A DNA stretch of 64,000 nt from Actinomycetota bacterium (GCA_018896525.1 JAHIMR010000065.1:8205-72204); one strand, 5' to 3'. Positions 39,850 to 51,484 are shown, numbered from the stretch's first letter. Numbers and translations: made by a program. Notes: generated from the letters alone by a model not told the origin.

Positions 39850-42800
39850 CTACTCCAAGACTATTCTAACCTTGCCGGGCTCCTTGCCCCTGGTGAGTTC
39901 GTCCAGGTACTCCTCGAACCGCTTCTTCATCTCGGCAGGTGTGACCGGTGAACCGCCGGAGAGCAGCGCCGCGCGCAGGTCCGTGATCTTGACCGGCACC
40001 TTCTGGAGTCCGGAAAGCACTTCCCCCATGGCATAGATGAAATACTGGTCAAGTTCGTCCGGCAGGGCACGCTTCTCGATGAAGCCGTCTACGAGCTTCT
40101 TGTAGTCGGGCTTGAGTAGGTCGAGGTTGACACGGGTGTTCGGGTCCTCCAGATTGGTCAGCAGCGTCTGGGTCCAGTTCTCCACCTGCTTATCCAGCTC
40201 CCCGTCCAGGCCGTCCAGGACCGTGCCCGCTGGTGCCTCCGGCGGCTCCGCGCCAGGCTTGAAATTGCAGTGAGGGCAGACGGCCGAGGCGTCCATTTCC
40301 TGCTCGGTGAGCGCGAAGCAACTCGTCAAGGCAGCGAGACGGTTCTGGAAATCGGTCAAGTGCTGACGGGGCATCAATTCGATAGTGGAGAGCTTCCGCA
40401 GCACCTGGAGTCGCTCATCGCCCATGAGGGCAGTCTTGTGTTTGTCTTCGTTCACGCCCAGCCGAGCTTTCGCGTGCAACGCCAGGTAGACCCTCACGTA
40501 GGCCCTCTTGAGATCGATCAATTTGCGTTGGGTCTGCTGGCGAAAGGTGGCCTCGCCACGTTTGTCCGGATCGCCGAACTGGGCGAGAACCTCGTCACGC
40601 GCCTTTTTCATCTTACCCACCCACTCGTGTTCCGTGGGTAGGACCGCCTCGGCCGTCGAGAGGAACGACGCGGTGGAACCGAGATCGGCCGCCAGTCCCT
40701 GGAGGGATTCGATCTCGGCCAGGGAATTGAGCCCGTCGCGGTGACCGGTCACCTCCCGGGCATCGTAACGGAAATTCTTGAGCTTGCCGGGCGAGGTATA
40801 GGCTTGGAGCGATTCCAGAAAGGTCTTGGTTTCATCGAGCCGGGAGCGAAGCTTCCGCGCCTCTTCCTCGGCCAGCAGGTTCCGGCCCCAGAAGAGCAGA
40901 CCGTCTTGCAGGTTCTGTTGCAGGAGAACAAGTTCCTCCACCGATTCTGATATGGCCTTCTGCAACTGCTGCACCGGCTCGTCCTTGCCCTGGGTTACCA
41001 AATGAGCCATGCCTGGTGTGAGCCCGAGCAGTTCGAACAGAGCCTTCAGGGCCGGTAAATTCCAGCCCTTGGGTTGCTCGATATGCTTAAACTGCATCAG
41101 TTCATCCACGCCGGTTCCGGCCAACTGCGGCAGGCCGTTAGCGTCGAATTTCTTGCCCGGGATGGCGAGAACCAGATCGCCGGTGTAGACCAACGTGGCC
41201 AGGACGACCGCCACCCATTCCGGCTCCAGCCGGTACCGGTCCTTGTCCATGTATTCTACGCCCTTGTCGTCCTGGATCAGCTCGGAGCGATTGACCACCT
41301 GACCATGGCCCTTCTTCTTGAGCTGTCCGAGGATGTACTTGGCATATTTCGAGTTGTAGGGATCGAGCCGTTCACCGTCGAGTAACTCCAACGCGTCCAG
41401 CACCGCCGTGGCCTGTTTGGTGCGGTTCTGACCGGCGATGGCGCGCAGGGCGTCCTGCGCGGCCTGTCCCCGGTTGGTCCCGGTGATGAGGACCGAGAAG
41501 AAAGGATGCTCGGGTGCCTGGTCCTGGAAATGCGCTCCCAGGCAAATGCCGGCGATGGTGTTCACCAGGTCGCGGAAGTTGATTCGCTCGCGGGAGCCGA
41601 TTCCGGACAGCTCACGTATCGACATACCCTTGGACCACTCGGTGAGCGACTTGGCGCGTCCCTGGTAGGTCACCTCGAAGGCTTCCGTCATGTGCTTTTG
41701 CAGCCACTGCACCAAGTCCCGGAGAGAATGGGATGACTTGGATTCGTAGGTGGCCTTGGCGTGCCCCGACGAGGTGGAAGCCAGGTCCAGGGCCGCGGCG
41801 TAATCCCTGAGCGCTGTGCGAAACTCGTCGTCTGCGTTGGTGAGCCGTAGAAACAGTTCATCGGGCTTCTTCTCGTCTTTGAAGTGTGGCGCATCAAAGG
41901 GCTGAATGAAGTAGAGGTAGAAATCGCGCGGCGGAACGGCGGTGGAACGCTCGTTGGGCGCGCCGAAGAAGAGATAACCCTGGCGTGCGGCCTTCCGCTC
42001 CAACCACTCCAACTCGTGCTGCCAGATCTTGTAGCCGGTGACGTAGGTCTGGTCCGTGCACTCCATGACCCGTTTCAGTGCCTCGTAGTAGTAGCGGTCA
42101 AGTTGAGAAGAGTCGAGGCTTTCAGCGCGCTTCTCGATCAGCGCGTCGAAGTCGTCGGTCTTCTTCAGGTCCAGGTAGAATTGCCGGTTGTCAGGGTTGA
42201 AGGAGATGAACTGGCCACTGACCGTCCTGTGGATCTCACGCAGGACTGTTTCCACCTGGGAGAGCAGGTCGTCAGCCGGATCGCCGCCCAGTTCCTCGAT
42301 ACCCGGTTGATACAGGCAGAGCCCGTCACGGAGCTCCTCGGCCGTCGCTCCAAGGGTGGTGTAGATGTCCCCCGTCGTAAGCCGCTGGACCGACAGGGCA
42401 TGGATGAGCCGCAGCGCCATGGTCTTGTAGGTTGGACGCGTGAAGGCCTGCTGGATGCGCGACTCCAGCACCTGGCTGCAGTCGATCACCGCCTTGATAT
42501 CCGGCACGGCACGGAAGGACGGGTTCTCTCGGAGATTGGTCCAGTAGGTATCGTAGGCGATCAGCCCGGGCCAGTTGTCTGGGACATCCTGGTCAAGCAA
42601 TTTCTTCATGGCCAGAGACAGGGTCTTGAGCACTTCTCGCTTTTCCACAGCGGTGACCCGCTCGAAGGTGTCGATGTAGTCGGGGTGCACTGGGAAAAGA
42701 CGGACGAACTCGTCCATGCGCTCGTGCATGTGGCCGTAGAACCTACCGAAGGGTGTGAGGTACTCGCGTATCTTGATCTGCTGTTCGCCGGTCTTCTTGA

Positions 42801-43578
42801 GCAATCGCTCGGCAACCACGAACTTGACATCCTTACGGGCGATGAGAATCTGCTCGAAGCGGTCCTTTACCCGGCGAACGCTGTCTGCCACAAAGGAAAA
42901 CCGGGGGCTGTCGAAGATAGCCTCCTGAACGCCAGCTATGAAGCGGAAGCGCAGGTCCTTGCAAACCTCGCCGATCTCGCGGAGGAAGTTCAGGTCGAGA
43001 ATGAGTTCCTGGTCCTTGCGGGTGCGCAAGTAATCAAGCAGTTCATCCACCACCAAGAGCAGGCCGTGTTCGGGAAACTCCTGGTGGAAGGCGGTCATCA
43101 TCTCCTCGAACGAGCGCTTGTTGCCGGACACCTCGGAGGCTGATGGGAAGCCATAGCTCACGCCCATCGCGGCCAAGTGCTCCTCCAGTTCGGCTATGAG
43201 GATGTCTCGAAGGGACATGGTCGTGGCCCCGATCTCAGTGCGCACAACCTTGAATCGGCCGGCTATTATCTCCGCGGCATCCGCCACATCCTGGTTGTTG
43301 AGGCAAGGGGCAAACTCTGGATTCTCGGCAAGCCCGGAGAGCACCGACATGAGGTGCGACTTGCCGGTGCCGTAGTTGCCGACCACCAGCAGGCCTTTGT
43401 TGTTGGTGGGATGCTCGAACTGCAACTGGGGTATGACAAGACCAACCAGCTTTTCCGCCATCTCATCGGAAATGACATAGGTTTCGATAAGCCGCCGGGC
43501 CTCAGTCGCTTCGTCGGCGTCTCGCAGTTGGATCACGGACTCGATAGGTTCAAACTGGATCAGGTCACCGTATTTCAT
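39850..43578 (-). CDS. brxC: BREX type 3 large P-loop ATPase (BrxC/PglY-like, DUF6079)
   Basis: GNYGTGKSH Walker [12 protein letters not shown] Walker B, LFPVHP; lies between brxF and the MTase. Confidence 0.85.
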   Translation of the reverse strand: MKYGDLIQFEPIESVIQLRDADEATEARRLIETYVISDEMAEKLVGLVIPQLQFEHPTNNKGLLVVGNYGTGKSHLMSVLSGLAENPEFAPCLNNQDVADAAEIIAGRFKVVRTEIGATTMSLRDILIAELEEHLAAMGVSYGFPSASEVSGNKRSFEEMMTAFHQEFPEHGLLLVVDELLDYLRTRKDQELILDLNFLREIGEVCKDLRFRFIAGVQEAIFDSPRFSFVADSVRRVKDRFEQILIARKDVKFVVAERLLKKTGEQQIKIREYLTPFGRFYGHMHERMDEFVRLFPVHPDYIDTFERVTAVEKREVLKTLSLAMKKLLDQDVPDNWPGLIAYDTYWTNLRENPSFRAVPDIKAVIDCSQVLESRIQQAFTRPTYKTMALRLIHALSVQRLTTGDIYTTLGATAEELRDGLCLYQPGIEELGGDPADDLLSQVETVLREIHRTVSGQFISFNPDNRQFYLDLKKTDDFDALIEKRAESLDSSQLDRYYYEALKRVMECTDQTYVTGYKIWQHELEWLERKAARQGYLFFGAPNERSTAVPPRDFYLYFIQPFDAPHFKDEKKPDELFLRLTNADDEFRTALRDYAAALDLASTSSGHAKATYESKSSHSLRDLVQWLQKHMTEAFEVTYQGRAKSLTEWSKGMSIRELSGIGSRERINFRDLVNTIAGICLGAHFQDQAPEHPFFSVLITGTNRGQAAQDALRAIAGQNRTKQATAVLDALELLDGERLDPYNSKYAKYILGQLKKKGHGQVVNRSELIQDDKGVEYMDKDRYRLEPEWVAVVLATLVYTGDLVLAIPGKKFDANGLPQLAGTGVDELMQFKHIEQPKGWNLPALKALFELLGLTPGMAHLVTQGKDEPVQQLQKAISESVEELVLLQQNLQDGLLFWGRNLLAEEEARKLRSRLDETKTFLESLQAYTSPGKLKNFRYDAREVTGHRDGLNSLAEIESLQGLAADLGSTASFLSTAEAVLPTEHEWVGKMKKARDEVLAQFGDPDKRGEATFRQQTQRKLIDLKRAYVRVYLALHAKARLGVNEDKHKTALMGDERLQVLRKLSTIELMPRQHLTDFQNRLAALTSCFALTEQEMDASAVCPHCNFKPGAEPPEAPAGTVLDGLDGELDKQVENWTQTLLTNLEDPNTRVNLDLLKPDYKKLVDGFIEKRALPDELDQYFIYAMGEVLSGLQKVPVKITDLRAALLSGGSPVTPAEMKKRFEEYLDELTRGKEPGKVRIVLE

Positions 43579-43630
43579 CGCGTCTGCTCCTCCGCTCCCT
43601 TGTATCGGAATCTGCTGGAATCTGTTATCT

Positions 43631-44110
43631 TCACTTCGTCACCTCCGGGCTTGCCACCAGAAAATCACGCACCGGGTATCGTCTGTACTCCGGGTGAGCC
43701 GGGGCGGCATAGGTCAAAGAACCGTCAACGATGGAGCCGTTCCATGCGGCAACCACAGTCTTATTACGCGAGAGTCCCTGGAGCAGCCGAAGCGGGTCCT
43801 GCTTCAGACCAACGTCGAACATGACTTCTATGTTGTCGAGCAGGATCATCTCGTCATCGCCATTATCGACGATCTCTCGAAGAAGACGCGGCAGCCGCAA
43901 GGCTCGCTGGCGCTCGGTCAAATCAAGCATTCGGCGGGATATCTCGAGATTGACATTCACCAGGGGCGCACCCATGCGATCCCGTACATCCAAGAGAGCA
44001 GTGGTTTTTCCCGCGCCCGCCAGCGCTATGACCAGTATCAGCCGGTGATAGAGTTCGGCGGTCTGCTTGACCTTTCGTACAATCTGATCAGCAAGGGGCT
44101 CCGCCATCAC
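43631..44110 (-). CDS. brxF: BREX type 3 P-loop protein BrxF
   Basis: [40 protein letters not shown]. Confidence 0.85.
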   Translation of the reverse strand: MMAEPLADQIVRKVKQTAELYHRLILVIALAGAGKTTALLDVRDRMGAPLVNVNLEISRRMLDLTERQRALRLPRLLREIVDNGDDEMILLDNIEVMFDVGLKQDPLRLLQGLSRNKTVVAAWNGSIVDGSLTYAAPAHPEYRRYPVRDFLVASPEVTK

Positions 44111-44129
44111 TGTTCTCCCTTGTCCCTAC

Positions 44130-44351
44130 TCATTTGCGTTCATTTTGCTTGCGATCATCCTTGGCCTCGTCGGCTCCGCCCGTTTTAACCCACTCGTCCA
44201 CCTCTTCCTTGCGGAACTTCCAGAGGCGGCCGATCTTGTGCCCAGGCATATTTCTTTCACTTATCCACCTGTAAACGGTATCCCGCTTGACGCCGAGATA
44301 AGCCGCGATCTCATCCACGGAGAGCCATCGATCTTCCATCATTATCTCCAC
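44130..44351 (-). CDS. Excisionase-like (HTH_17) DNA-binding protein heading the BREX operon
   Basis: WLSVDEIAAYLGVKRDTVYRW...PGHKIGRLWKF. Confidence 0.85.
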   Translation of the reverse strand: MEIMMEDRWLSVDEIAAYLGVKRDTVYRWISERNMPGHKIGRLWKFRKEEVDEWVKTGGADEAKDDRKQNERK

Positions 44352-44468
44352 TCATTTCGAGATTTGTCGACTGTCTAATAACGGCGGCATGTTGTCAGTT
44401 AGTAGATCGGTTTGAATGATTCGGCGCTTGGCGCTTTTATACAGACAAACCAAGTTAAACAAGAATAA

Positions 44469-44496
44469 AATATATCAGGCGAAGGCCTATTGTCAA
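44469..44496 (-). promoter_or_regulatory. Putative promoter of the BREX operon
   Basis: TTGACA-N16-TATATT within an AT-rich stretch. Confidence 0.5.
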
Positions 44497-44617
44497 ACAC
44501 TTTTTCCGAGTGTATGGCTGTTTAATCTAATGTGACCGAGTTAGTCTAACCAGGCCAGCGGATCTTGGCGGTGCCCCGATACGGGGCCCGGGGCGTCCTT
44601 TGATAAGATGATGTTTA

Positions 44618-46756
44618 ATGGACTACCACATCAAGAACAAGCGCCTATACATCGACGGCTCGCCGGTCAGCTTTTTTTCCGGCAGTTTTCAGTACTGGCG
44701 GATGGAGCCGGGGCTGTGGGAGGATACGCTGCGGCGGGTCAAGGACATGGGCTTCGGCATTATCGAGACATACATGCCGTGGTCGGTGCACGAGGTTTCC
44801 CCCGGGCGGTTCGACTTCGGAAAGGGGGACCCCGGCCTCTACATCAAGCGCTTCCTCGAGCTTTGCGATGCCGCCGGTGTCAAGGTCCTGGCCCGGCCAG
44901 GCCCGCATATCAACGCGGAGCTGACCTACTTCGGGTACCCCGAGCGCATCTTCGCCGACGAGGAACTCCTCTGCCGGTGCGCCGACGGCACCCCGGTGGT
45001 ACTCCCGGCGCCGCCCCGTATGTTTCCCGCGCCGTGCTACCATCACCCACGATTCCTGTCGGAGGTTCGCGGGTACTTCGAAGCCCTCTCCGGCGCGATA
45101 AGCGACATGATTCACCCGGGGGGGCCGGTGATCGCCATCCAGGCGGACAACGAGTGCTCCAAGTTCTTCCGGGTTCACCCGTTCGACCACGACTACTCCG
45201 AGTACTCGGTCCGGCTCTACCGGAGGTTCCTCGAAGCGAAGTACGGTGACCTGGAGGAGTTGAACCGTGTGTACGGCACCCGGCACGGCGCGTTCGAGCT
45301 GGTGGACCCGCCCCGCGCCTTCAGGCCGGAGAGGCCCGAGGATCTCCCGTACTACCTGGACTGGGTCCAGTTCGGGGAGCATTATATCAACGAATCGCTG
45401 GGGAGCATCGCGGGAATCCTCCGTGACTGCTTCGGGGAGAGCGTCCCCCTGTTTCATAACTACCCCACCACCATGCCGGTCCCGCCTTTCAACGTCACCG
45501 AGGCGGAGGAGTTCCTCGATTTCCAGGGCATCGACGCCTACCCCTTAAAGAGCCAATACCACCAGGTACGAAGGGGCATCAAGCTCACCTCAACGGTGAG
45601 CCGACTTCCGGTGTTGTTGGAGTTTTCTTCCGGGGGTGCCTACTACACACGCCCGGTCGACCTGGCGGACCAGGAGTTCACAACCTGGTCAGCCCTCATG
45701 CACGGTATAAGGGGCATCAACTTCTACATGATCGTGGAACGGGAACGGTGGTACGGCTCCCCCCTCAAGCGGGACGGCTCGCCCAGGCCGCGGCATTACG
45801 AGTTCTACCGTCGCTTCCTGACGGAGGTGCGCCAGTGGGGCCTGGAAGAGATGACTCCCCACCGTCCGGTCCTGCTTCTCATCAACCGGGAGTACGAGCG
45901 CCTGGCGAGCGCGGCCACGCTCCTGTGCCCCAACTCGAGCCTTCTCACCGAGTTCGCCGGTATCACCGACGCACCCGACGGCCTTCTCGTCTCGGACGAG
46001 ACGTTCGGCCTGCCCGAACCGGTGGCCTACAGGTACCTGCGGCTTCGCGCGTTCTGGTACTGGGCCCTCACCGCCGCCGGGGTCCACTTCGCCATCGGCG
46101 ACACCTGCCGCGCGGAAGACCTCTCGGGAGAGCACCCCCTGGTCATCGTGCCGACCTTCGATTTTCTGGACCGCGGGTTGCAGGAGCGAATGGTTGAGTA
46201 CGCGCGCGGCGGCGGGGCCCTGGTAGTCGGCCCGCGGGCCCCGTTTTCGGACGAGACGATGAAGCCGTGCGACGTGCTGGGGTGTCACATGCGCCAGCCG
46301 GAGGAGATCCGCCCCGGGGGGGAAGCGTTCGGCGTCCCCGTCGAAGAAGTATCTCTCTTCGGAGACGAGGCCGACGGCGACCGTGGAACCACCCCCCTCT
46401 ACCGGAACCCTGTGGGGAACGGCTGGCTGATCCACCTGGGCATCGTCCCCGGGGACATCTGCGGCGTGGTGGACGCGGAGCCGTTCGGGCCGCTGGTGGA
46501 CACGCTGATGCGCATGGGCGGGGTCGACCCCTCGTTCGTCCCCTCCGACAGTAGAATCGACGTATCCGTGCTCAGGGGAGATGGACGCGAGGTGCTCCTG
46601 GTGGCTAACCCCACTGACGAGGCGATCGAGGCCGAGTTGAGCCATGCCACGGGTGGGAGTTACCGGGACCTCCGCACCGGCGGGACGGCGGGCGTTGGGG
46701 GGACTATAACTGTTTTGCTCGAGCCGTATACGATCAAGGCCCTGGGAAAGGCGTAG
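44618..46756 (+). CDS. GH35-family beta-galactosidase-like glycoside hydrolase
   Basis: ETYMPWSVHE, RPGPHINAE, IAIQADNE (acid/base), LEFSSG (nucleophile); GH42-like trimerisation region. Confidence 0.82.
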   Translation: MDYHIKNKRLYIDGSPVSFFSGSFQYWRMEPGLWEDTLRRVKDMGFGIIETYMPWSVHEVSPGRFDFGKGDPGLYIKRFLELCDAAGVKVLARPGPHINAELTYFGYPERIFADEELLCRCADGTPVVLPAPPRMFPAPCYHHPRFLSEVRGYFEALSGAISDMIHPGGPVIAIQADNECSKFFRVHPFDHDYSEYSVRLYRRFLEAKYGDLEELNRVYGTRHGAFELVDPPRAFRPERPEDLPYYLDWVQFGEHYINESLGSIAGILRDCFGESVPLFHNYPTTMPVPPFNVTEAEEFLDFQGIDAYPLKSQYHQVRRGIKLTSTVSRLPVLLEFSSGGAYYTRPVDLADQEFTTWSALMHGIRGINFYMIVERERWYGSPLKRDGSPRPRHYEFYRRFLTEVRQWGLEEMTPHRPVLLLINREYERLASAATLLCPNSSLLTEFAGITDAPDGLLVSDETFGLPEPVAYRYLRLRAFWYWALTAAGVHFAIGDTCRAEDLSGEHPLVIVPTFDFLDRGLQERMVEYARGGGALVVGPRAPFSDETMKPCDVLGCHMRQPEEIRPGGEAFGVPVEEVSLFGDEADGDRGTTPLYRNPVGNGWLIHLGIVPGDICGVVDAEPFGPLVDTLMRMGGVDPSFVPSDSRIDVSVLRGDGREVLLVANPTDEAIEAELSHATGGSYRDLRTGGTAGVGGTITVLLEPYTIKALGKA

Positions 46757-46758
46757 CC

Positions 46759-47577
46759 ATGCTCGATAAAGACATACTTGTGGTCGATCTCGGTGCCGAC
46801 AACTGGAACAGGCTGCTTGGCCTGGGAGAGGGGCTCCTGAAGGCGCTGGAGCCCGATGACGGCCCCGGCCCCCTGCTGGTCATATACCGGGGGCTCAAGC
46901 TCCTCAGGGCCATTGACCTGGGGTGTGCCAGGCCGGTAAGCGTGGAGTTTTACGGCACCTCCCGGCTTGACATGCTCTCACGCGAGTCCGGTTACCCCCG
47001 CATCCTGGCCCTGGAGGAGAACGCGTTAACAAGGGTCGTTGGGCACGCCCAGCGGGAATTGGAGTACAAGGATGACTACCTCAAGCAGTTGGGGGGCTTC
47101 GCCCGGGGTGTTGCGCGCGAATGGGGACGGACAATCTTTACCTATCCGCCCCGGGGCCGCCTCCGCCTTCCGCCCCACCGGGCCCTTGAGTGGGCATTCC
47201 GGCTTCTCGTGCCGGACGATACTGTGTTCCTGTTCGCGATAACCGAGAAACGGAAGGCCTGGACGTCCGCCGTCATGGGATACTCGGGCGGCGACCTGTG
47301 GCTCCTGACCTCGCTGGACACGGTCGCCCTCGAGGAGGGTGATCTCTCAAACGGTGCTCTGGAAGCAGCCGCCCGCCTGCTGCAATCGAAGTACGGGGGA
47401 ACGGTGCGGGTGGTCGCGATCCAGCGGGAGGCGCTCCTTCGCGTCTCGCGTAGCCGTTTCCCCTCCGGCGCTCTCCTGTGGGCGCTGAACACCGGCGACT
47501 TGAGGCTCTCGCGAATCCCACTGCGCTGGAAGGTGCTCGCCTTTGCCGCAGCGCTTGCCGCGACGAGAAGAGGGTAA
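46759..47577 (+). CDS. Hypothetical protein
   Basis: 272-aa ORF 2 bp after the GH35 gene; no recognised motif. Confidence 0.65.
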   Translation: MLDKDILVVDLGADNWNRLLGLGEGLLKALEPDDGPGPLLVIYRGLKLLRAIDLGCARPVSVEFYGTSRLDMLSRESGYPRILALEENALTRVVGHAQRELEYKDDYLKQLGGFARGVAREWGRTIFTYPPRGRLRLPPHRALEWAFRLLVPDDTVFLFAITEKRKAWTSAVMGYSGGDLWLLTSLDTVALEEGDLSNGALEAAARLLQSKYGGTVRVVAIQREALLRVSRSRFPSGALLWALNTGDLRLSRIPLRWKVLAFAAALAATRRG

Positions 47578-47582
47578 CTCCC

Positions 47583-47869
47583 TCGTAGCGCCGGCATCTT
47601 GCCGGCATCGGAACGCGCCAGTGGTGCCTGGCACCATTGGCGCGTTTTTCCGTTTGCTTAACGAGGGAGGAGTCCACGCCCTGGGGCTGTTGCATAATGG
47701 GGTGTGGGTTTGGGTGGATGTTGCAACGGCACCAGCCCGGGGATGGCGTTTCTTGTCTCACGTCATCGCTTGTAATGCAGGGGTCAGGCCCGCTGTTGCA
47801 TTATGGAGATAGTCTTGAGTGAGAAGACGAACGACACCAGCCTGGGCCAGACCCCGTTTGGGTGGCGGG
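47583..47869. repeat. Mosaic of REP-like palindromes between convergent genes (copy B)
   Basis: GTAGCGCCGGCATCTTGCCGGC, GCGCCAGTGGTGCCTGGCACCATTGGCGC, GGCTGTTGCATAA, CAACGGCACCAGCCCGGGGATGGCG shared with 17716-18072. Confidence 0.8.
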
Positions 47870-48220
47870 TTAGACGAACTCCATCAAGACCATCGAGGCG
47901 TTGTCACCCTGACGTTGCCCGAGTTTGAGAATCCTGGTGTAACCCCCGGCCCGATCGCTGTAGCGTGGCGCCACCTCGTCGAATAGCCGGTGGATGGTGT
48001 CCCTGTCGGCTATTACCTTCAACGCCTTGCGGCGCGAGTTCAAGTCCCCGACCTTCCCGTAGGTAATCAACCGTTCAACCACCGGCTGGGCCATCTTGGC
48101 GCGGGTTTCGGTAGTCTTGATCCTCCCGTGGATTATGAGTTCCCGGGCCAGGTTGGCGAGCATCGCCTTCTGGTGGGACGGGCCGCCCCCCAGTCTTGGG
48201 CCTTTCTTCGGCTTAGGCAT
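47870..48220 (-). CDS. rplQ: 50S ribosomal protein L17
   Basis: [29 protein letters not shown]. Confidence 0.96.
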   Translation of the reverse strand: MPKPKKGPRLGGGPSHQKAMLANLARELIIHGRIKTTETRAKMAQPVVERLITYGKVGDLNSRRKALKVIADRDTIHRLFDEVAPRYSDRAGGYTRILKLGQRQGDNASMVLMEFV

Positions 48221-48315
48221 TACTGATCACCAGCTTAGATGTTCCAACACCGCTTGCTTGTGTGCGTTTGCTCGGGCTCCGCTTGTTCACCGTAGCACCT
48301 CTTGTCTCACCAAAT

Positions 48316-49251
48316 TTATTCCGACTGCTTCAGTGACAATCCCCTGGCCTCCAACTTCTCCTTGATAAGCTCCACCGTCTTGGCACCAAGGTTCCTTATT
48401 CCCATCATCTCTTCCTCGGTGTGGCTTACCAGGTCCGCCAGCGTCTCGATCTTCGCTCTCTGCAGGCAGTTACAGGCCCTTACGTTGAGTTCCAGATCGC
48501 TGATGCCGGTGTCAAGCCCGGCCGTGAGGCTGACCTCAGTGGGCTCGAACACTTCTTCCAGCCCGGCCTCCTCCGCGAGGTTTTTCAGCAGGTTGATGTG
48601 CTCGACAAGGATCTTGGCACCGATGCTTACCGCCTCATCAGGCTTGATGCTGCCGTTGGTCCTGACGAAAAGGGTAAGCTTGTCAAAGTCGGTTCGCTGG
48701 CCCACACGGGTATAGTCGACCTTAAACGTGACGTTGCTCACCGGGGAGTAGACCGAGTCGACCGGGATGACCCCGATGGCGTCGCCCTCCCTCTCGTTTT
48801 CATCCGCCGCGGCGTACCCCCGTCCCGTTTCCACCACCATCTCCATCTCGAACTTGCACTTCTTGGTAAGAGTTACGATATGGTGCTCCGGGTTCAGCAC
48901 CTCCACGGTGGAAGGCACCTCGATGTCCTTGGCGGTCAACTCCCCCGCCTTGACACCTTTGAGCTTGATAGTGGCTGGCTCGTCGTCGTCCAGGCTCAAC
49001 ACTAATTCCTTGATATTAAGCAGTATCTCGATGGTGTCCTCACGGACTCCTTCGATCGCCGAGTACTCGTGCTGCACCCCCGCTATCTTTACCGAGGTCA
49101 CCGCCGCACCGGGGATCGAGGAAAGGAGAACCCTCCTCATGGAGTTTCCCAGGGTGTGCCCGAGCCCTCTCTCCAGCGGCTCTATGGAGAACGCCCCCTC
49201 GGTGTCATTCAAGTCAAGCACCTTAATCTGTGGTTTCTGGATTCCTAGCAA
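48316..49251 (-). CDS. rpoA: RNA polymerase alpha subunit
   Basis: EPLERGLGHTLGNSMRRVLLSS, RVGQRTDFDKL, alpha-CTD. Confidence 0.97.
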   Translation of the reverse strand: MLGIQKPQIKVLDLNDTEGAFSIEPLERGLGHTLGNSMRRVLLSSIPGAAVTSVKIAGVQHEYSAIEGVREDTIEILLNIKELVLSLDDDEPATIKLKGVKAGELTAKDIEVPSTVEVLNPEHHIVTLTKKCKFEMEMVVETGRGYAAADENEREGDAIGVIPVDSVYSPVSNVTFKVDYTRVGQRTDFDKLTLFVRTNGSIKPDEAVSIGAKILVEHINLLKNLAEEAGLEEVFEPTEVSLTAGLDTGISDLELNVRACNCLQRAKIETLADLVSHTEEEMMGIRNLGAKTVELIKEKLEARGLSLKQSE

Positions 49252-49280
49252 TAGACTACCCTCCGCAAAGTCGATATGCC

Positions 49281-49904
49281 CTACCGCGAGTAGAGCTCCA
49301 CAATCATTTCGTCTCGGATCTCAACGTCCGGATTATAACCATCGGGTTTCTCGATTACCGTCGCGGCCAGGTTCTTCAGGTCCACATTGAGCCAGGGCAC
49401 CTGCTCGCGCCGGAAGCCCCGGGTCGCCTCCTTGAACACGTCGAGCTTTTTACTTCCGGGAGCGACACCGATGACGTCGCCCTCCTTCACCTGGTACGAC
49501 CCGATGTCCACCTTTCTCTCGTTCACTGTCACATGCCCGTGTGAAACCAGTTGCCGCGCCTGCTTCCGGCTCGCCGCCAGGCCCGCCCGGTACACCATGT
49601 TATCCAGTCGGCTCTCCAGCAACCGCAACAGGTTCTCACCGGTGCGGCCCTTCTGCTTCAACGCCTGCTTGTAATAAGTGCGGAACTGCCGCTCTCTCAC
49701 TCCGTAGACACGGCGGGCCTTCTGCTTCTCCCTTATCTGGAGCAGGTAGTCGGACTCCCTTACTCTTCTGCGACCGTGCTCACCGGGCGGGTAACCGCGC
49801 CGATCCATCGAGCAACTATTCGAGTCGCATCGTTCGCCCTTGAGGTAGAGCTTGGTCTTCTCCCTGCGGCATTGCTTGCAAACCGATCCAGTATACCTGC
49901 CCAA
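49281..49904 (-). CDS. rpsD: 30S ribosomal protein S4
   Basis: CKQCRRE, PPGEHG, LESRLDN, ARQLVSHGH. Confidence 0.97.
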   Translation of the reverse strand: MGRYTGSVCKQCRREKTKLYLKGERCDSNSCSMDRRGYPPGEHGRRRVRESDYLLQIREKQKARRVYGVRERQFRTYYKQALKQKGRTGENLLRLLESRLDNMVYRAGLAASRKQARQLVSHGHVTVNERKVDIGSYQVKEGDVIGVAPGSKKLDVFKEATRGFRREQVPWLNVDLKNLAATVIEKPDGYNPDVEIRDEMIVELYSR

Positions 49905-49907
49905 GCC

Positions 49908-50306
49908 TTACACCCTCCTTTTCTTCTTCTGTCGACACCCGTTGTGGGGAACAGGCGTAACATCCTTTATCGAACCAACCTCGAGCCCCCTGGCCTGAAG
50001 GGTCCTGATCGCCGTCTCTCTCCCGGAGCCCGGGCCCTTGACCCTGACGTCAACCTTGCGCATCCCGTTCTCCTGGGCACGCTTGGCCGCTGCCTCGGCG
50101 GCCATTTGCGCCGCGAACGGGGTACTCTTGCGAGAGCCCTTGAAGCCGATTGACCCCGAACTCGACCAGACTATGGTATTCCCGTCCAGGTCGGTGATGG
50201 TTATGATGGTATTGTTAAACGTGGCCCTTATATGCGCTATCCCCTGAGGGATGTTCTTCTTGACTTTCTTGCGCCCTCTCGACCGACCCTTTCCTGGTTT
50301 TGGCAA
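49908..50306 (-). CDS. rpsK: 30S ribosomal protein S11
   Basis: [26 protein letters not shown]. Confidence 0.97.
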   Translation of the reverse strand: MPKPGKGRSRGRKKVKKNIPQGIAHIRATFNNTIITITDLDGNTIVWSSSGSIGFKGSRKSTPFAAQMAAEAAAKRAQENGMRKVDVRVKGPGSGRETAIRTLQARGLEVGSIKDVTPVPHNGCRQKKKRRV

Positions 50307-50329
50307 TACCTGCTCCTTTCTCGAGTTTC

Positions 50330-50710
50330 CTACTGTGCCTGTCTCTTTTTCTTGATCCCGACCTGTGGCCGAGGTCCTTTCCGGGTACGCGCGTTAGTGT
50401 GCGTCCTCTGGCCTCTCACCGGGAGGCCCCGGCGATGCCTCAGGCCCCGGTAACAGCCGATCTCCATCAGCCGCTTGATGTTCTGCGAACGTTCCCTGTG
50501 CAGGTCTCCCTCTATCTGGTAGTTACTGTCGATAAACTCCCTCAGCCTTACGATCTCCTCGTCGGTGAGGTCGCGTACCTTCGTCTCCGGGTCTACCCCT
50601 ACGCCTTCACAGGTCTTACGGCCGCGAGACCGGCCAATGCCGTAAATATAGGTCAGCGCTATCTCAACGTGCTTCTCCCTGGGAAGATCAACGCCCGCGA
50701 TTCTTGCCAC
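50330..50710 (-). CDS. rpsM: 30S ribosomal protein S13
   Basis: [26 protein letters not shown]. Confidence 0.97.
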   Translation of the reverse strand: MARIAGVDLPREKHVEIALTYIYGIGRSRGRKTCEGVGVDPETKVRDLTDEEIVRLREFIDSNYQIEGDLHRERSQNIKRLMEIGCYRGLRHRRGLPVRGQRTHTNARTRKGPRPQVGIKKKRQAQ

Positions 50711-50728
50711 GCCGGTTCCTTTCTCTTA

Positions 50729-51056
50729 CTGCCTCGTTCCATAGATACGGTTAAGCACCGAGAGCGTCGAAGCGCCGCTCCGGCAAGGCGCGCGACTCAG
50801 TGCCTCGCTTGATAGATACGGTTTAGCACCGAGAGCGTCGAAGCGCCGCTCCGGCAAGGCGCGCGACCGAGACGTACTCCCGTAGTACTTCGAGGGAGCG
50901 GAACGCAGCCGGAGTGGATGCAGCGGCGTTCGAATGCCAGCGTATTTATGGAGCGGGGTACTTATGCGTACTCCTGTAGTACGTCGAGGGAGCGGAACGC
51001 AGCCGGTGTGGATGCAGCGGCGCTCGAATGCCAGCGTATTTATGGAGCGGGGCATT
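50729..51056. mobile_element. MITE-like repeat, locus 4: full copy (50799-50962) nested inside another copy
   Basis: Left half 50729-50798, full unit, then right half 50963-51056; between rpmJ and rpsM. Confidence 0.85.
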
Positions 51057-51057
51057 A

Positions 51058-51174
51058 CTACTTACCCTGCCGCTGCTTGTGGCGGGGGTTGCTGCATATG
51101 ACCATGACCCTGCCGTTCCTGCGGATCAACTTGCACTTATCACACATTTTCTTTACCGATGGCCTTACTTTCAT
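51058..51174 (-). CDS. rpmJ: 50S ribosomal protein L36 (not in the ORF track)
   Basis: Manual translation [38 protein letters not shown]. Confidence 0.96.
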   Translation of the reverse strand: MKVRPSVKKMCDKCKLIRRNGRVMVICSNPRHKQRQGK

Positions 51175-51201
51175 CTCTGCTCCTCCGAACCGACTAATCC
51201 T

Positions 51202-51423
51202 CTACTTATACCGGTAGGTTATCCTCCCCCGCGACAGGTCGTAAGGGGAAAGTTCGACCGTGACCTTATCACCGGGAAGAATTCGTATGTAATGCATGCG
51301 CATCTTCCCCGATATGTGCGCCAGGACCCTGTGGCCGTTTTCAAGTTCCACCCTGAACATGGCGTTTGGCAACGGCTCCAACACTGTGCCCTCAACCTCT
51401 ATGGCTTCCTCTTTTGCTACCAA
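51202..51423 (-). CDS. infA: Translation initiation factor IF-1
   Basis: [29 protein letters not shown]. Confidence 0.96.
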   Translation of the reverse strand: MVAKEEAIEVEGTVLEPLPNAMFRVELENGHRVLAHISGKMRMHYIRILPGDKVTVELSPYDLSRGRITYRYK

Positions 51424-51484
51424 ACCTCCGTGTTCCTCCTTGATGACGCACAAATGAACATAATACCTCAGGCGGACTCTTTTA

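Noticed and set aside
41884-43143. Long antisense ORFs (also 21124-22512, 18791-19855, 12733-13731)
   Set aside because: Shadow ORFs opposite well-supported genes, as expected in high-GC DNA.
44130-44351. Prophage or ICE excisionase module
   Set aside because: No integrase, phage or conjugation genes in the window; such HTH genes commonly head BREX-3 operons.
50726-51217. Short ORFs containing MPAYLWSG / [13 protein letters not shown] / [12 protein letters not shown] (also near 4836, 4931, 14858, 61595)
   Set aside because: They are translations of the 164-bp repeat in varying frames, with no consistent start or stop across copies.
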